Positions 1-12,853 of a stretch of 64,000 nucleotides of DNA are shown piece by piece (positions within the stretch are counted from its first letter, which is position 1; every line of letters begins with the position of its first letter). This DNA is from Mobula birostris. Lineage: Eukaryota. The stretch lies in NCBI RefSeq assembly GCF_030028105.1, contig NC_092383.1, positions 87,315,921 through 87,379,920 of the forward strand, in the 5' to 3' direction. The notes under the pieces were generated by a model. The model was not told the origin of the DNA, did no database searches, and saw only the letters and a list, made by a program, of their open reading frames with translations. The translations under genes were made by a program, and so were the position numbers.

Positions 1-872
1 TAACCACTCTTGTCATTAAATTGTTAACTTCATGAAGGTGAAAAAATAATGTTACCATTCTTCAAGAGAGTGATTTATTTTTAGCATTCTGTTTCCAACA
101 TGTCTCAATATTGTGGCACTTCTTATTTGTTGCCACAGCAACTATTTTTAACCCTGTCACAGCTGTGAACTGCTTAAGACGATTTTACTCTATTAAACTC
201 TCTTCTATGGATTTAAATGCCAGAGGTCGTTGTGTCTTCCAATAATTAATAAGCAGTCAGTTAAAATACTTGTTTATAAACTGCTGAAGTTAATAAGTCA
301 TTTATCCAGTTGGTTTAGTTGAGAATGAAACTTTATACATGACGAACAGATCACATTCAGGTTCCTGGATTTTATTGATGCAGTCAGGATCATAAGACCA
401 TAAGCACAGGAGCGGGATTAGGTCATTCAGCTGTTTCAGTTCCACAAAATGAGTTTACACAGCTTTTCAAATATTCCAAGCTGAAGCCTCCAGTTAGTCA
501 ACTAAGAACTTATCCAGGAGAAAAAGTAATTCCTGTGAGAATGGCATTTGTAACTGAGAAATACAACAACAAGAAGCCACATTGAGCTTTTATGTGGTAA
601 GAACAGAAGGGCCAGCATCGTGGGGACATGTTTGGCTGAGACAACTACTAATTGACTGGAAATCCATTCACTACTTCGCATGCCATAGCCCCTGCAATGA
701 AGTTAACTGGAAACAAACTTAAAACAGTACTGGATGATGCCACAACTGTCTCCACACAGAACAGCATGAACCACTGCTAAATGGACCACTGCTAACAGGT
801 GTCGGTCCCAACCTCTGTACTTCTGGTTGGAAAGCATATTGGATAAGGAAGGACCATGCTGTTCAGTAGTGT

Positions 873-1360
873 GAAAGTGATGAAAACACTGGTCTGACAA
901 TAACAGTTTTTGTGGGCAACATATCAGAGAATGCTTCTGGCATGTTAGTAGTCAGGCGGTTATTTGTGAAATATGGTTTGGTTTTAAAATAGAAGACAGT
1001 TCCAGGAGCTTCAGGAAAGTTGCAAGCATATGGCTCTTGTGAGAATAAAGAACCAGAATCTACTGTGTGTGCATTATACTTATTGCATGAACTTCAAGTG
1101 AGAGACAAAAAGCTGCTTGTAAAAGTAGATGCAATGACCAAGGCCCAGCTGGATTAATAGAAGGTCAAAAGGAAAGGAGTCAATGGAGAGTCAAAAGCAG
1201 AGGATTCATCAGATGATGATGTGGATGAGAAAACCAAGAGGACAGATCAGGTTGTAATGGGAGAAACAGAAGGATTAATAAGAGAATACTCCAATTAACT
1301 AACTGCACCTTCCCAACATCAAGATACATAAACTAGAAGGAGAAAAGGGAAGGAGAAGAA
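873..1360 (+). pseudogene. RBM25: Processed (intronless) fragment of RNA-binding motif protein 25: RRM plus downstream linker, with several in-frame stops
   Basis: Hand translation (codons starting at 906): SDENTGLTITVFVGNISENASGML...GLVLK*KTVPGASGKLQAYGSCENKEPEST...LLHELQVRDKKLLVKVDAMTKAQLD**...GLIREYSN*LTAPSQ. This matches my recall of RBM25 (TTVFVGNISEKASDML...GASGKLQAFGFCEYKEPEST...KKLLVKVDAKTKAQLDEW...LIREYSSELNAPSQ). Confidence 0.9.
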
Positions 1361-1674
1361 AAATGTCCAGAGCTGTCAGAACCACTTTCTGCGGTCTTAA
1401 AGTCAGCTCCTACAACCACCATGGACAAGGCCCCAGAACCTGAGATAGTTTCACAGCCACAAGTATTAACTGCCAGGCGGAGTGATCCTACTGGTCAGGA
1501 AAGATGTTGTCCCACAGGAGTAGGAAATCCTCCACAGCAATTAAATCATTAGGCCTGAATGAGACAAATTAAAATTTACTATGCTGTGGATGTCTGCAAA
1601 TAGTAGCTGCATGATATATTATACTTTGTATATAGTTGATATGCATACTATATTGAGTTGCAAGCAGGGAGAAG

Positions 1675-1978
1675 TGTTGTGTATTTCATATTTTAGTAAT
1701 ATTTGAATAATATTATATATATTGTACATATATTCTTGTTTTTTTAAATAATTAAATACGGTTTATAAGTAAAAGACTTAATTTGCATATGCCATGACAT
1801 TACCATGTGATATGTGCACACATTATCGTCGTCGTCTGAACCCTTAATGCCTATGTGACACATGGGGTCTCACGTGCACACATCACTTAAAGTAAAAACA
1901 CAAACTAAGATTTACATTTCTCGGCTCTGTTGTTTTCCTTTGAATTATTTTACTGTTTTGGAGCTACAAACCATAACA
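1675..1978 (+). repeat. 3' LTR of the Gypsy remnant
   Basis: Starts TGTTGTG right after the PPT and ends CATAACA (6/7 inverted terminal match); AT-rich body. Confidence 0.6.
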
Positions 1979-2629
1979 AGGACCTTTCATCAAACACAGT
2001 TTCACTTCAGGGATCCATCCTCAGATCCGGCTTAGAAGTGGATGAGTGTTGGTTTCGAAAGCAGATCCAGTCAGAGGAGTGCTGTGTAGGATAAAAGACA
2101 ATACCGTTCATTCCCAGGTTATGACAATCTGACTTATGGACACTTCTACAAGTGAACGAGCCTTGTTAATGTTGCTGAATTCAAAACTCTACTGTGCAGT
2201 AATGTGTTAAAGTCGCAGGCATTGTAGATTTTTTATATGGTTTCAGAAGCTATGGCTTCCACAGGGCCCCAATTTCAACATCAGTGAGGCTGTTTGCGAT
2301 TATCTGGAGGTTCAGAGGCAAGCACAACAGCCAACGTCTGGAGAAGAACTGTGGCAACCTGCCAGATAATTTTCTTATAAAACTGCACAACAGTGCAGCT
2401 AAGACGATTGATGCAGTTTTAAAGGCAAAGGAAGGTCTCAACAAATATTGACTTGATTTATTGCTTTTACTGTTTACTGCAATTTATAGTTAATATTTGA
2501 TGTTTAGAAACTTCTCATTTCATTATTTTTGAAAGCATCTTCACTTTACAGAATATTTTGACACTTGCCAATGACTTCTGCACAGTACTGTTTGCATGTG
2601 ACTCGAAGATTGTCGGTGTTGTAGATGGT

Positions 2630-3510
2630 ACAGAGCCTGTCATCAGTTACAACAGGGTGACGAATGGTTGCAGTGCTGGGTGGAGAAGTGGTAGGTGGAG
2701 TTTAACACTGAGAAATGTGAAATGATACAGTTTGGATGATCGAACTTGAAGGCAGATTACAAGGTTAATGGCAGGATTCTGAGCAATGTGGAGGAACAGA
2801 GGGATATTGGGGTGGAAGTCTGTAGATTCTTCAAAGTTGCTGCGCAAGCTGAAAGAGTGTTAAAGAAGATGTATGAGGTGCTGGACTTCACTAGACGAGG
2901 GACTGAGTTCAGGAGCCACAAGGTAATGTTACAGCTCTATAAATCTCCGGTTCAATCAGATTTGGAGAATTTAATTCAGTTCTGATTGCCTCATTGTCAG
3001 AAGGTTGTGGAAGCTGTAGAGAGGGTGCAGAGGAGGTTCACCAAGATGCTGCCTGGATCAGAGAACTTGTCTTATGAGGAGGAGTAAGTGTTGAGTGAGC
3101 CAGGGATTTTCTCTTTGGAGCAAAGGAGAGTGAGAGGTAACTTGGTAAAGTGATGTAGAAGAGGTGTATAAGGCATAGATTGAGTGGACAGGCAGCACCT
3201 CTTTCCCATGGTGACAATGACCAACACCAGAGGACGTCCATTTAAGGTGAAGGGACAAAAGTTAAGAGGAAATGTAAGAGGTAAGATTTTTTTTAATACT
3301 GAGTGGTTGGTCCCTGGAAACACTGCAGGCAAGATGGTAGAGGCTTATATAATAGGGACATTTAGAGGCTCTTAGTTATGCACATGCATATGTGTATGAA
3401 TATAGAGGGTTATGTGCTGTATAGGAGGGAAGGATTAGATTGATCAAGAAGTACAGATTGGCACAATATTCTGTGCCTAAGGGCTTGTACTGTGCTGTTC
3501 TGTGTTCCCA
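2630..3510 (+). mobile_element. 5'-truncated CR1 LINE (RT C-terminus and 3' UTR)
   Basis: ORFs 2746-2985 (YKVNGRILSNVEEQRDIG...MLQLYKS) and 3184-3375 (TRGRPFKVKGQKLRG...FFNTE) are typical CR1 ORF2 C-terminal motifs. Confidence 0.85.
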
Positions 3511-4599
3511 TAAATAATAGAACTAGTTTTCTTTCTCTCTACTTTTCAGAATTACTCTTTCATCTCAGTTTGATATGCAGTTGATGCCTTTCGTAATAAT
3601 ATCATGAAAGTATGGATACCATATTGAGTGATATTTGTTGTGTTTTCTGAATTACGGGCAGAATTGACTCAAAGGCATCTGTAAAAACAGACCCATTCAT
3701 CACTCAGGGACGGTCTGTATGGAGATTAGTTAAGACTGATCTGATCAGTTGATAGGTAAAGCCCAGCCCACCAGTGAACACATCTACAAAGGTGTACTGC
3801 CATAAGAAAGCAGGAGTCATCCAACAACCCCATCATCCAGATGTGCTCTCTTCTCACTGCTACCGATTGGAACATGAGCCTCTGGTCCCAAACTAACAGG
3901 TTCAGGAACAGGGCAGCCATGAGGTTCCTGAACCAGGGTGGATAACTTCAGTCAGCTCAACATTACAATGATGGCTGAACACAACCTATGGAATCACCTT
4001 CAAGGATTCTACAACTCATGTCTTCCATATTATATCTTTACTTATTTATTGTATTTGCATAGTTTGCTTCCTGAGCATATTGTATGTTTGTACTTATCTG
4101 TATGTGTTTTTAATTGATTCTATTATATTCCTTTGTTCTACTCTGAATGCCTGCAAGAAAATTAATCTCAGGGTGAATCTTCTGGTAACAGAAACATTCT
4201 TCGATAATAATTGTTTTCAACTTTGATAAGGTGCACGATTACAGAACTTTCATAACACATTTTGTAGAAATGGACTGAGATATAGAAACAAGGATGAAAA
4301 TTTCCAGTCACTGTACAGAGGTCTTAAAGGAGAACAAGTAATGGAAATAAAAGTTCGGTGCTGAATAAAATGAGTGAGCTGCAAATTATAGCTGCTTGCA
4401 TTAGTCATCAGGGTGTGAACCTGCAAATAGAAGGGGTAACTTTTCTCAGTACTGATCTGTGACTGTAACCCATGAAAGTACAATAAAGGGTCTTGAAAAT
4501 GAGAACTGCATTATTGTCATTATATTCAGTGTAGTATTTGGTGTCATGTACATACTGTGATAATCAACTTAATTTGAATTTTGAACTTAGAAATGTCTC

Positions 4600-6960
4600 A
4601 TTGACAGGTGGGAAGCTAAAGTCAGATGTATCAATATTACAGTATAGTGATGGTAATTACAGAGGCATGCGAGGGGAGTTGGCCAGTATTGATTGGAAAG
4701 GAACACCTGCAGGGATGGCAGTAGAGCAGCAATGGGTGAAATTTCTGGAAGCAATTCAGAAGGCACAAGATACTTACATACCAAAGAGGAAGAAGTATTC
4801 TAAAGGAAAGATGCACAGCCATGGACAAGAGAAGCCAAAGCCCACATAAAAGCCAAACAGAGGGCATATAAAAGAGAAAAGATTAGTGGGAACTTAGAGG
4901 ACGGGGAAGCTTTTAAAAACCAGCAGAAGACAACTAAAAAAGTCACTAAGAAGATAAAGATGGAATACAAAAGTAAACTAGCCAACAATATTAAAGAGGA
5001 CACCAAAAGTTTCCACAGATACATAACGTGTAAAAGAGAGGCGAAAATGGATATTGGACCGCTGGAAAATGATGCTGGAGAGATATAATGGGTGACAAGG
5101 AAATGGAGGATGAACTGAACAAGTATTTTGCATCAGTCTTCACTGTGAAAGACACTTGCAGTATGCTGGAAGTTCAAGTGTGTCAGATGGCAGAAGTGTG
5201 TGAAGTTGCCATTACTAAGCAGAAAGTTCTTGGGAAACTGAAAGGTCTGAAAGTAAATAAATCACCTGGACCAGATGGTATACCCCAGGGCTCTGAAAGA
5301 GGTGTCTGAAGAAATTGTGGAGGCATACGTAGTGATCTTTCAAGAATCAATTGCTTCAGAAATGGTTCCGAAGGAATGGAAATTTCAAAAGCCACTCCAC
5401 TCGTCAAAAAGAGAGAGAGGCAGAAGAAAGGAAATTATAGGCCAGTTAGTCTGACTTCAATGCTTGGAATGATGTTGGAGTCGATTGTTAAAGATGTGGT
5501 TTTAGGGTCATTAGAGGCACATGATAAAATAGTCCATAGTCAGCATGGCTTCTTGCCTGACAAATTTGTTGGAATTCTTTTGATAAATAATAAGCAGGAT
5601 AGACAAAGGAGAATCAGTTGATGTTGTGTACGTGGAATTTCAGAAGGCCTTTGACAAGGTGCCACACATGAAGCTGCTTAACAATCTATGAATCCATGGT
5701 AGTTCAGAGAAGATTCTAGCAAAGTGGCAGAATGACAGGAGGCAAAGAGTGGGAATAAACAAGAGATAATCTGCAGATGAGTAGTTGAATACTCCTCAGC
5801 ATTTTTTCTCCAGTCCTGCTGAAGAGTTTTAGCCTGAAATGTCGACTGTGCTTTTGTCCATAGATTCTGCCTGGCCTGCTGAGTTCCTCCAGCATTTTGT
5901 ATGTGTTGATAAAGGAAGTCTTTTCTGGTTGGCTGCCAGTGGCTCATGGCGTTCCACAGGGGTCGGTGTTGGGACCAATACTTTTTGCCTTATATGTCAG
6001 TGATTTTGGATGATGGAATTGTTGTCTTTGTTGCAAAGATTGCAGGCAGTATGAAGATAGATGGAGGGCCAGGTAGTTTTGAGAAAATAGAGAGGATACA
6101 GAAGGAATTAGACAGATTGGGAGAATGGGTGAAGAAATGGCAGATGGAATACGGTGTCAGGAAGTTTATGGTCATGTACTTTGGCAGAAGAAATCAAAGG
6201 GTTAACTATTTTCTAAATGGAGAAAAAATACAAAAATCTGAGACACAAAGGAACTTGGGAGTCCGGGTGTGGGATTCCCTAAAGGTTAGTTTGCAGCTTG
6301 AGTCTCTGGTGAGAAAGGCAAATACAATGTTCATTTTCATTTCAAGAATACTAGAATATAAGCACAAGGATGTAATGTTGAAACTTTATAAAGCGCTGGT
6401 GAGGCCTTACTTGGAATATTGTGAGCAGTTTTTAGTACCTTACCTTAGAACGGGTTGGCTGAAACTGGAGAGGGTTCAAAGGAGGTTCACAAAAATTCCA
6501 GGATTGAATTGTTTGTCATAGGAAGAGGGCCTGTTGGCTCTGGGCCTATATTCATTAGAATTCAGAAGAATGAGAGATGTCCTAATTGAAAACTGTTGAA
6601 TGGTGAAAAGCCTTGACAGAGTAGAGATGGCGAGGAATTTTCTGATGGTAGGAAAGGCCATGACCAGTGGACTCAGCCTAAGAATGAGGGGGGTGTCCTT
6701 TCAGAACACAGACAAGGAGGAATTTCTTTAGCCAGAGGGTGGTAAATCTGTGGAATTCTTTGCCACAGGCAACTGTGGAGGCCAAGCCTTTATGTATATT
6801 TAAGGCAGAGGTTGATAGATTTTTGATTGGTCAGGGCATGAAGGGATACGGGGAGAAGGCAAGAAACTGGAGCTGAGAAGAAATTTAGAGCATCCATGAT
6901 GAAATGGCGGAGCAGACTCAATGGGCCAAATGGCCTAATTCTATGTATCTATGGTCTTAT
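4600..6960 (+). mobile_element. Degenerate CR1 LINE ORF2 with frameshifts, interrupted by a SINE
   Basis: KSPGPDG, GNYRPVSLTS, FQKAFDKVPH, YKALVRPYLEYCEQF and ERVQRRFTK motifs; 3' tail ending TATGGTCTTATG. Confidence 0.9.
5760..5908. mobile_element. Short SINE/LINE-tail insertion inside the CR1
   Basis: GCCTGAAATGTCGACTG...GCCTGCTGAGTTCCTCCAGCATTTTG motif, which also recurs near 7930, 31950 and 60940. Flanked by ATAAA on both sides, with the CR1 sequence resuming after it. Confidence 0.65.
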
Positions 6961-9900
6961 GTAATATGACATGATATCCTTCACCTGCTATGTGAGGATG
7001 TGAAGCAATAACACCAGAGTCTGTTTGGAGCTCATGATCTCTTTGGGTCAGGGTTACCTGATGTGTGTGGATAGCTGGAGATAATTCCAGATGCAGTGGT
7101 TCCACGTGTGAATCAGGACCTATTATACCTGAGATAATTAATCATCTGAGGGAAGGAACTTGTTTTCTTTATTTCTGCTGACAAACAACAAACTTCACAT
7201 CTGATTCTGACTCTGAAAGGGACCCTTTCCCTTTCCGAGGACATCCAAAAGCAGTTCCCAAAGGATATGGTTGGAACTTCTGTTTTCTTTACTTACAAAA
7301 CAGAATTTAGGGAAGGACCAGTGGATGGCTCATGTAAACACATTGTTCTATACTCTTCCTGCATTACTTCATCTCTTAACACCATAGAACAGAAGACCAT
7401 AAGGCACAAAGATGTTTTGGATCTCTGCAGTTGTTCACATCAGCATATTGAACAATGGTTGTTGAGAAGTTTTCCAAGAAGTGATGGGGCAATGCAGGAA
7501 GAGACTGGAATGATCTGGCTATGTGTAGCCACCATTGGTACTTCTCTGTATTCTGTTTGGTAAGACAAGTAAAGAAGATAGAAGTTCTAACCACATCCAT
7601 AGCTGAGAGTGAATGTTACACAGATGGCAGGAGTGGTTGATGCAGTGGAGTTAGCGCTCATACTAAACAATGTACAACACTTAAGCAGACATACATTCAT
7701 GGCTAGTATGCTGCAATGTTTCCCCCTAAAACAAATGTAACAAACCCAAAGTAACAAAAGCTGTCAATGTATCCTGAATTATTTTATAATTCATCTATTT
7801 ATATACAATGTGAAATTAAGTGTTTATAAACAATTGCAAAGTCAGCAACAAAAATTCAGGAAAATATAAATGAGCTACATTCTTGGATCACCTCAACCCT
7901 CGCGCTACAATGAAATCAAAAGCAACACACAAACAATACTGGAGGAACTCAGCAGGTCAGGCAGCATCTATGGAAATGAATAGTGAAGGATTCAGACCAC
8001 TACAGCCAATTTCACGTCATACAGTATGCCAGTGATATGAAACCTGATTCTGATTCTGTATAACTTCTCCAATATGTGTGACACGTGAGAATTGTACTGA
8101 AGCTCTCTTCAAACTTCATCTGTCCCAGGAATCGCACAGCACGAATCTGGTTAAATCACACTTTGATGAACATTTTAAGATCTAACCACGATCACAGGTA
8201 TATTGGGAAACTAGCAATGGGAAAGATAAGCAAAGATATGCAGGGTCAAGGGTCAGGGAGACCATGGCAGTGAGATTGGTAAGATAGAAATATCTTCTCC
8301 TTGGACAAGTATGACCTATCCATTTACTATGCCCTATGATTCTATGGGAAATAGAAACAACAGGCATTGTGTATTCACACAGACCATTTCCTGTCAAAAT
8401 GGAGTTGATTGGTTTAAGAACAGATCTGATGTGGATTTCACCCATTGTGAATGTGCAATTCCCTCACATCTAACTGAAGCAAAGTGAAATACTATCAGAG
8501 CTCTTGAAATTGCACTGACAGTTGGAACAGAATATAGTACAGGTGAGCTTTAAAGTTCCTTCAAATAGTGGAATCAGCCTTCAGAGAGGAGAAGGAATTG
8601 TATACTGAGTTTGCATGAAAAGCCCCTTCTACATCACACCTATTTCCCACTTTACTCCCTCCTCAGCAGCAAGTTCCCAAAACAGGTTTGATAGAATGAT
8701 CACAACACATGCAAAAACCTAGAGGACCTTAGAAGGCCAAGCAGAATCTACGGAAAACAGTAAACAGTCAACCTTTCAGGCCAAGACCATTCATCAGGTC
8801 TTAAGTCATGTCTTTCTCCTGTCTCGTGTTTGATTAAATTATCACCAAGGCAGGTCCAGAACGATGTACAGATCTTGGGGTGCAAGTCCATAACATCCCG
8901 AGATTTAGAACTAAGGGAGATAGTAAAGAGGGCTTATTGCATTAGATGAGCATTAAGCATTCAAGAATTCATGTTGCAGAAGAGATTCACCAGATTGGTG
9001 CCTGTATTAGAGGACCATAAGACCAAAAGGCAAAGGTGTAAAATTAGGCCCTCTCAACCCCATTCACCTGCCTTCTCCCCATAACCTTTGACACCTTCAA
9101 TAATCAAGAACCTATCAATCTCCATTTTAAATATATCTAATGACTTGGCCTTACACTCATCACCCTATGTCTGAAGAAATCCTTCCTTGTCTCTGTTTTA
9201 AAGGAATGGCCTTGTAGTCTGAGACTGTGCCATTTAGTTGTAGACTCCCCTACTACAGGAAACATCCTCTCCACATCCACTTTATCTAGGCTTTTCAATA
9301 TTCAACAGATTTCAATGAGACCTTCCCCCTACCCCTCCATCCTTCTAATCTCCAGCCCAGAGCCATCGAATGCTCCTGTGGGCTGGATTAGGGGTGACGT
9401 AACTTTCTACTCACACTCACAAAACTCAAAATGGGCTCTTTCCCTTTCCACTATTAACTTTTCACCATGAACACTTTCCCCAGTGACTTACCACAGCTGG
9501 CGTTTTAATCAAGCAAAAAAGAAAAGATCTGAAGGAATCTGGTGGGATCCGCAGAGGCAGGGTGGTCAACGTTTCAGATTAATCCTCTGCGTTAGGATTC
9601 CGCCAGCCATTTACTGTTGCTTCAGATGAGAACATTTGCTGTTCCTCGTGTCAAATATTTCAACTCCGCTCACCTCTGTTCAGCCTTTGGGAATTGTTTA
9701 AATGTTTCTGTCTTACTAAATATAACTGAAAGCTCTCCAGATTGTTATGTACCACACCCCAGTTGCGTCACTGCATTTTTAGATCGAACTTCCAGCTGCC
9801 TTCTTCTCATTTTTATTTCATAGTTATTTCTCTCTGAGGACTGACAGGTCCTGGCTGGGTCTCTGTGAATAAAATGCTGTGGACTTTGATTCTTCTGACT

Positions 9901-10393
9901 GGTTTTCTACCCAGTGAGTGACAACTTGTGCTGGGCATTTGCCTAATCAGCGTTTGTTTGGGGGTTGTACCCCAATGCCAGAACAGAGCTTGAACACGTC
10001 TCGGCAGTAAAGTTCAGAGTACAATCTAGAGGAACTCAGTGGGTCAAGCAGCATCTGTAAGGGGGAGGGGAATTGTCAACGATTTGGTTCAAGGCTTTGC
10101 ATCAAGTCTGAGTAGAGAGGGAGATAGTGTAATTAGAAGAGAGAGAGGTGTGAGACTGGGGAGAAAGCCCTGGGTTTCTGCTTAGGACTCTGGAGTGGGA
10201 AGTGAACCCACAATATACTGACACAGGGGAGAGAGCACTGACACAGCTGACAGTGTAACAGCACTGACTGCACCTCAGACCAAAATCATTGGCTGTGGTG
10301 TCATGGTTTATCTGTTTTTAATGTCATGTTCAAAGATATTTTTTTTGAATTAAGTTGTTCCTTTCCCCTCAAATCTGAAAATACCTCCCTCAG

Positions 10394-10714
10394 TTTCAGG
10401 TGCATTGTGGGCAGAAAAATTTGTAACACGAGTTGTGGGAAGAGCGATCACAATCGATTGTCACTATGAGGAAATGTACCGCTCACACACAAAGTATTGG
10501 TGCCATGGATGGACTCATCATTGTTCAGTTTTAGTGGAAACAAATGGGCAACATGAACGGAGTGGACGAGTGTCAATCACAGTTAACCTGGAACAGAGAA
10601 TACTTACTGTTACTATGGAGGATCTTCAGTCTGGAGATACAGGATGGTACAGCTGTGGAATTATAACACCAGATACCGATCCGAGATTTAATATACGTCT
10701 ACAAGTATCTAATG
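10394..10714 (+). CDS. Exon V1: intact Ig V domain of CD300/pIgR/TREM type, beginning with the signal-peptide tail (V)SGA
   Basis: ctccctcag|TT TCA GGT GCA TTG TGG...TCT AAT G|gtatgt; 321 nt, phase 1-1. Reads ITIDCHY...KYWCHGWTHHCSVLV...DLQSGDTGWYSCG: canonical B/F cysteines plus the family's extra C-C' cysteine pair. Confidence 0.92.
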
Positions 10715-11058
10715 GTATGTTTCTCAGGGACTGACTTTGTTCTTTCAATGAAATAAATGTCTCATCCATGTTTCCTCTGGGAAGAGTCAGTGCATTAGAC
10801 GTCCTGGGGAGTGATGATGTGCTGATCCCACGGTTAAGCTTGCTGAATGGAGAAATACCCATATCATGGAAGAACAACAATCTCCTTCTCCTCTTTGTCC
10901 TTCTGACCTTTGTCCAGACCCTGTCTATCACTCACTATTTCTACATTAATATCAATGCCAAATGTTTCCCTCTCTATGGCTGATCACTGAACCCAGTCAC
11001 AATTTCATTTTCTCCTCAAAGATATGTTACAGATATCTCACAAATTGCAGCCTTTAAG

Positions 11059-11598
11059 CACTCAGTGGCCAATTCGTTAGGTACCTCCTATACCTCATAA
11101 AGTGGCTACTGAGTATGTTCATCACCTTCTTCTGCTGTGGTCAACTTGGTTCAATGTGCGTTCAGATGCTTTTCTGCACACCACTGTCATAATGTGTGGT
11201 TATTTGAATTCTTGCCATTTTTCTGTCAGCTTCAATCAGTCTGGCCATTTTCCTCTGAATTCTCTCATTAACAAGCCATTTTTATTCACAAAATTCCTTC
11301 TCACTGGATACTTTTTGTATTAGACACCATTCTCTGCAAACTCTAGAGACTGTTGTGTGTGAAAATCCCACGATATCAACAGTTTCTGGGATACTCACAC
11401 CTCCCTGTCTGGCATCAATTATCATTCCATGGTCAAAGTCACTAAGATCACATTTCCTCGCCATTTTGATTGCTTAAACACCCACTGAATTTCTTGACTA
11501 TGTCTGCCTGCTTATATGGACTGTGTTGCTGCCATATGATAGACTTATTAGATGTTTGCATTAACGAGCAGGTGAATAAGGGGTACCTAATAAAGTGA
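11059..11598. mobile_element. Non-autonomous Tc1/mariner-derived element
   Basis: CACTCAGTGGCCAATTCGTTAGGTACC at the left and GGTACCTAATAAAGTG at the right. The minus strand encodes the remnant MARKCDLSDFDHGMIIDARQGG. A related copy starts at 39131. Confidence 0.7.
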
Positions 11599-11650
11599 TT
11601 TGATTTTTAAATGTCCATTTAGTGTCTGAATGTTGAATTCCTTTCCACAG

Positions 11651-11971
11651 AACCTGTGTCCACTCCTGTGCTTCGATATCTGTCACCAGCAAATGTGTCA
11701 CGTCTTGGGGTCTCAGTGTCAGTGTCCTATTAGTCTTCCCAGGGATCCTTTCCCATTCAGTACACTTGGTATGAAATAACCTCATCTGGGCATCCAAAGA
11801 TATCAGGCATCAGTAAACTAGGTCTGCATTGTCAATCCTTAGATATCTAACCCTATCAATATTACTGCAGTGCCTCGAATTGGCATGAAGAAAAACACAA
11901 CAGAACAGTTAATGTGACAATCTTCAACAATAGAGAGATCTGCAGATATGAGATGGAAATCAATGGCACCA
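11651..11971 (+). pseudogene. Pseudo-exon C2a (FCRL-like C2 Ig domain)
   Basis: ttccacag|AA CCT GTG TCC...GGC ACC A|gcaagt; 321 nt, collinear with C2b and C2c. B-strand Cys is TAT, stops at TAG 11731-11733 and TAA 11848-11850, donor GT changed to GC. Confidence 0.9.
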
Positions 11972-12853
11972 GCAAGTTCTAACTTCAAAGGAGGATATTT
12001 CTTTTTGTTACTCTGTTACTGCTGCTCTTATACTTCGAGTGAGGGTAAGGAATTACTGACAAACATTCAATGTGCAAAAGAGGCTGATTCATGCAAATAA
12101 TAAAAAGATATAAACAAATAATGCATAGAACATGACATGCAGAGCCCCGGAAAGTGAGTCCACTGCTGCGGATTTTGTTCAGTGCTGAGGCGAGTAAAGC
12201 CGATCCAGGAGCAGGCGGTGTAGGACCCAAGGCTCCGGCACCTCCCACCCATGGTCGTAGTGAGAAGAGAGGGAGATGGTTCAAATGTAGCGCCGTGGGA
12301 CAGGCTCGGGTGGGTGGATCGTGCTGGCACAGACTAATAGTGTTTAACGCTGGTTCATTTCCAGATCCCTTTGTAAACTTTGACAATTCTTTTCACTGTC
12401 CACCGCACTACAGTGGCATTGGCAACCTATTAACCATGACACCTACATGTTCATTACGAATTATTAATATTGATGAGAAATGACATTGGCTAACAAATAA
12501 CAGCACTGATCTCAACAAAGCACCGCTGGTGATAAAGTCTGACGTTGTCAGAACACCAACACTCCACAATCACAGTCTGACTGCTTCCACCAAGTTGATT
12601 CAGTGTCTATCCAGCTGGTTAACCATGTGATCTCACATTACAGATCAGTCTACAAAGCGAGACCTTGTCTCAGTACTTGCTAAACTCCATGTGACAAATG
12701 CTGCTGCCCTGTCTTCATCCGTCCCTTTGGTGATCTCTTCAAAAAAATCAGTCAAATTTCTTTTTGAGATGAATTTCCCATGCACAAAATCATGCTGTCT
12801 ATCCCAGACCGGATCGTGCCTTTGCAAATTCAGGTAAATCCTATCTCATAGAA

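Larger units (their letters stand above)
428..1978 (+). mobile_element. Degenerate Gypsy/Ty3 LTR retrotransposon remnant: protease fragment, integrase C-terminal tail, PPT and 3' LTR, with an RBM25 fragment where the RT/RNaseH/integrase core should be
   Basis: 428-760 translates to Gypsy protease-region-like SAVSVPQNEF...QLRTYPGEKVIP...GPASWGHVWLRQLLIDWKSIH. About 1490-1550 resembles the integrase tail (ERCCP...NPPQQLN). Purine tract AAGCAGGGAGAAG (1662-1674) directly precedes the LTR. Confidence 0.7.

Noticed and set aside
3604-3660. ATGAAAGTATGGATACC... as a leader exon for V1
   Set aside because: In-frame stop after seven codons and no suitable phase-1 donor.
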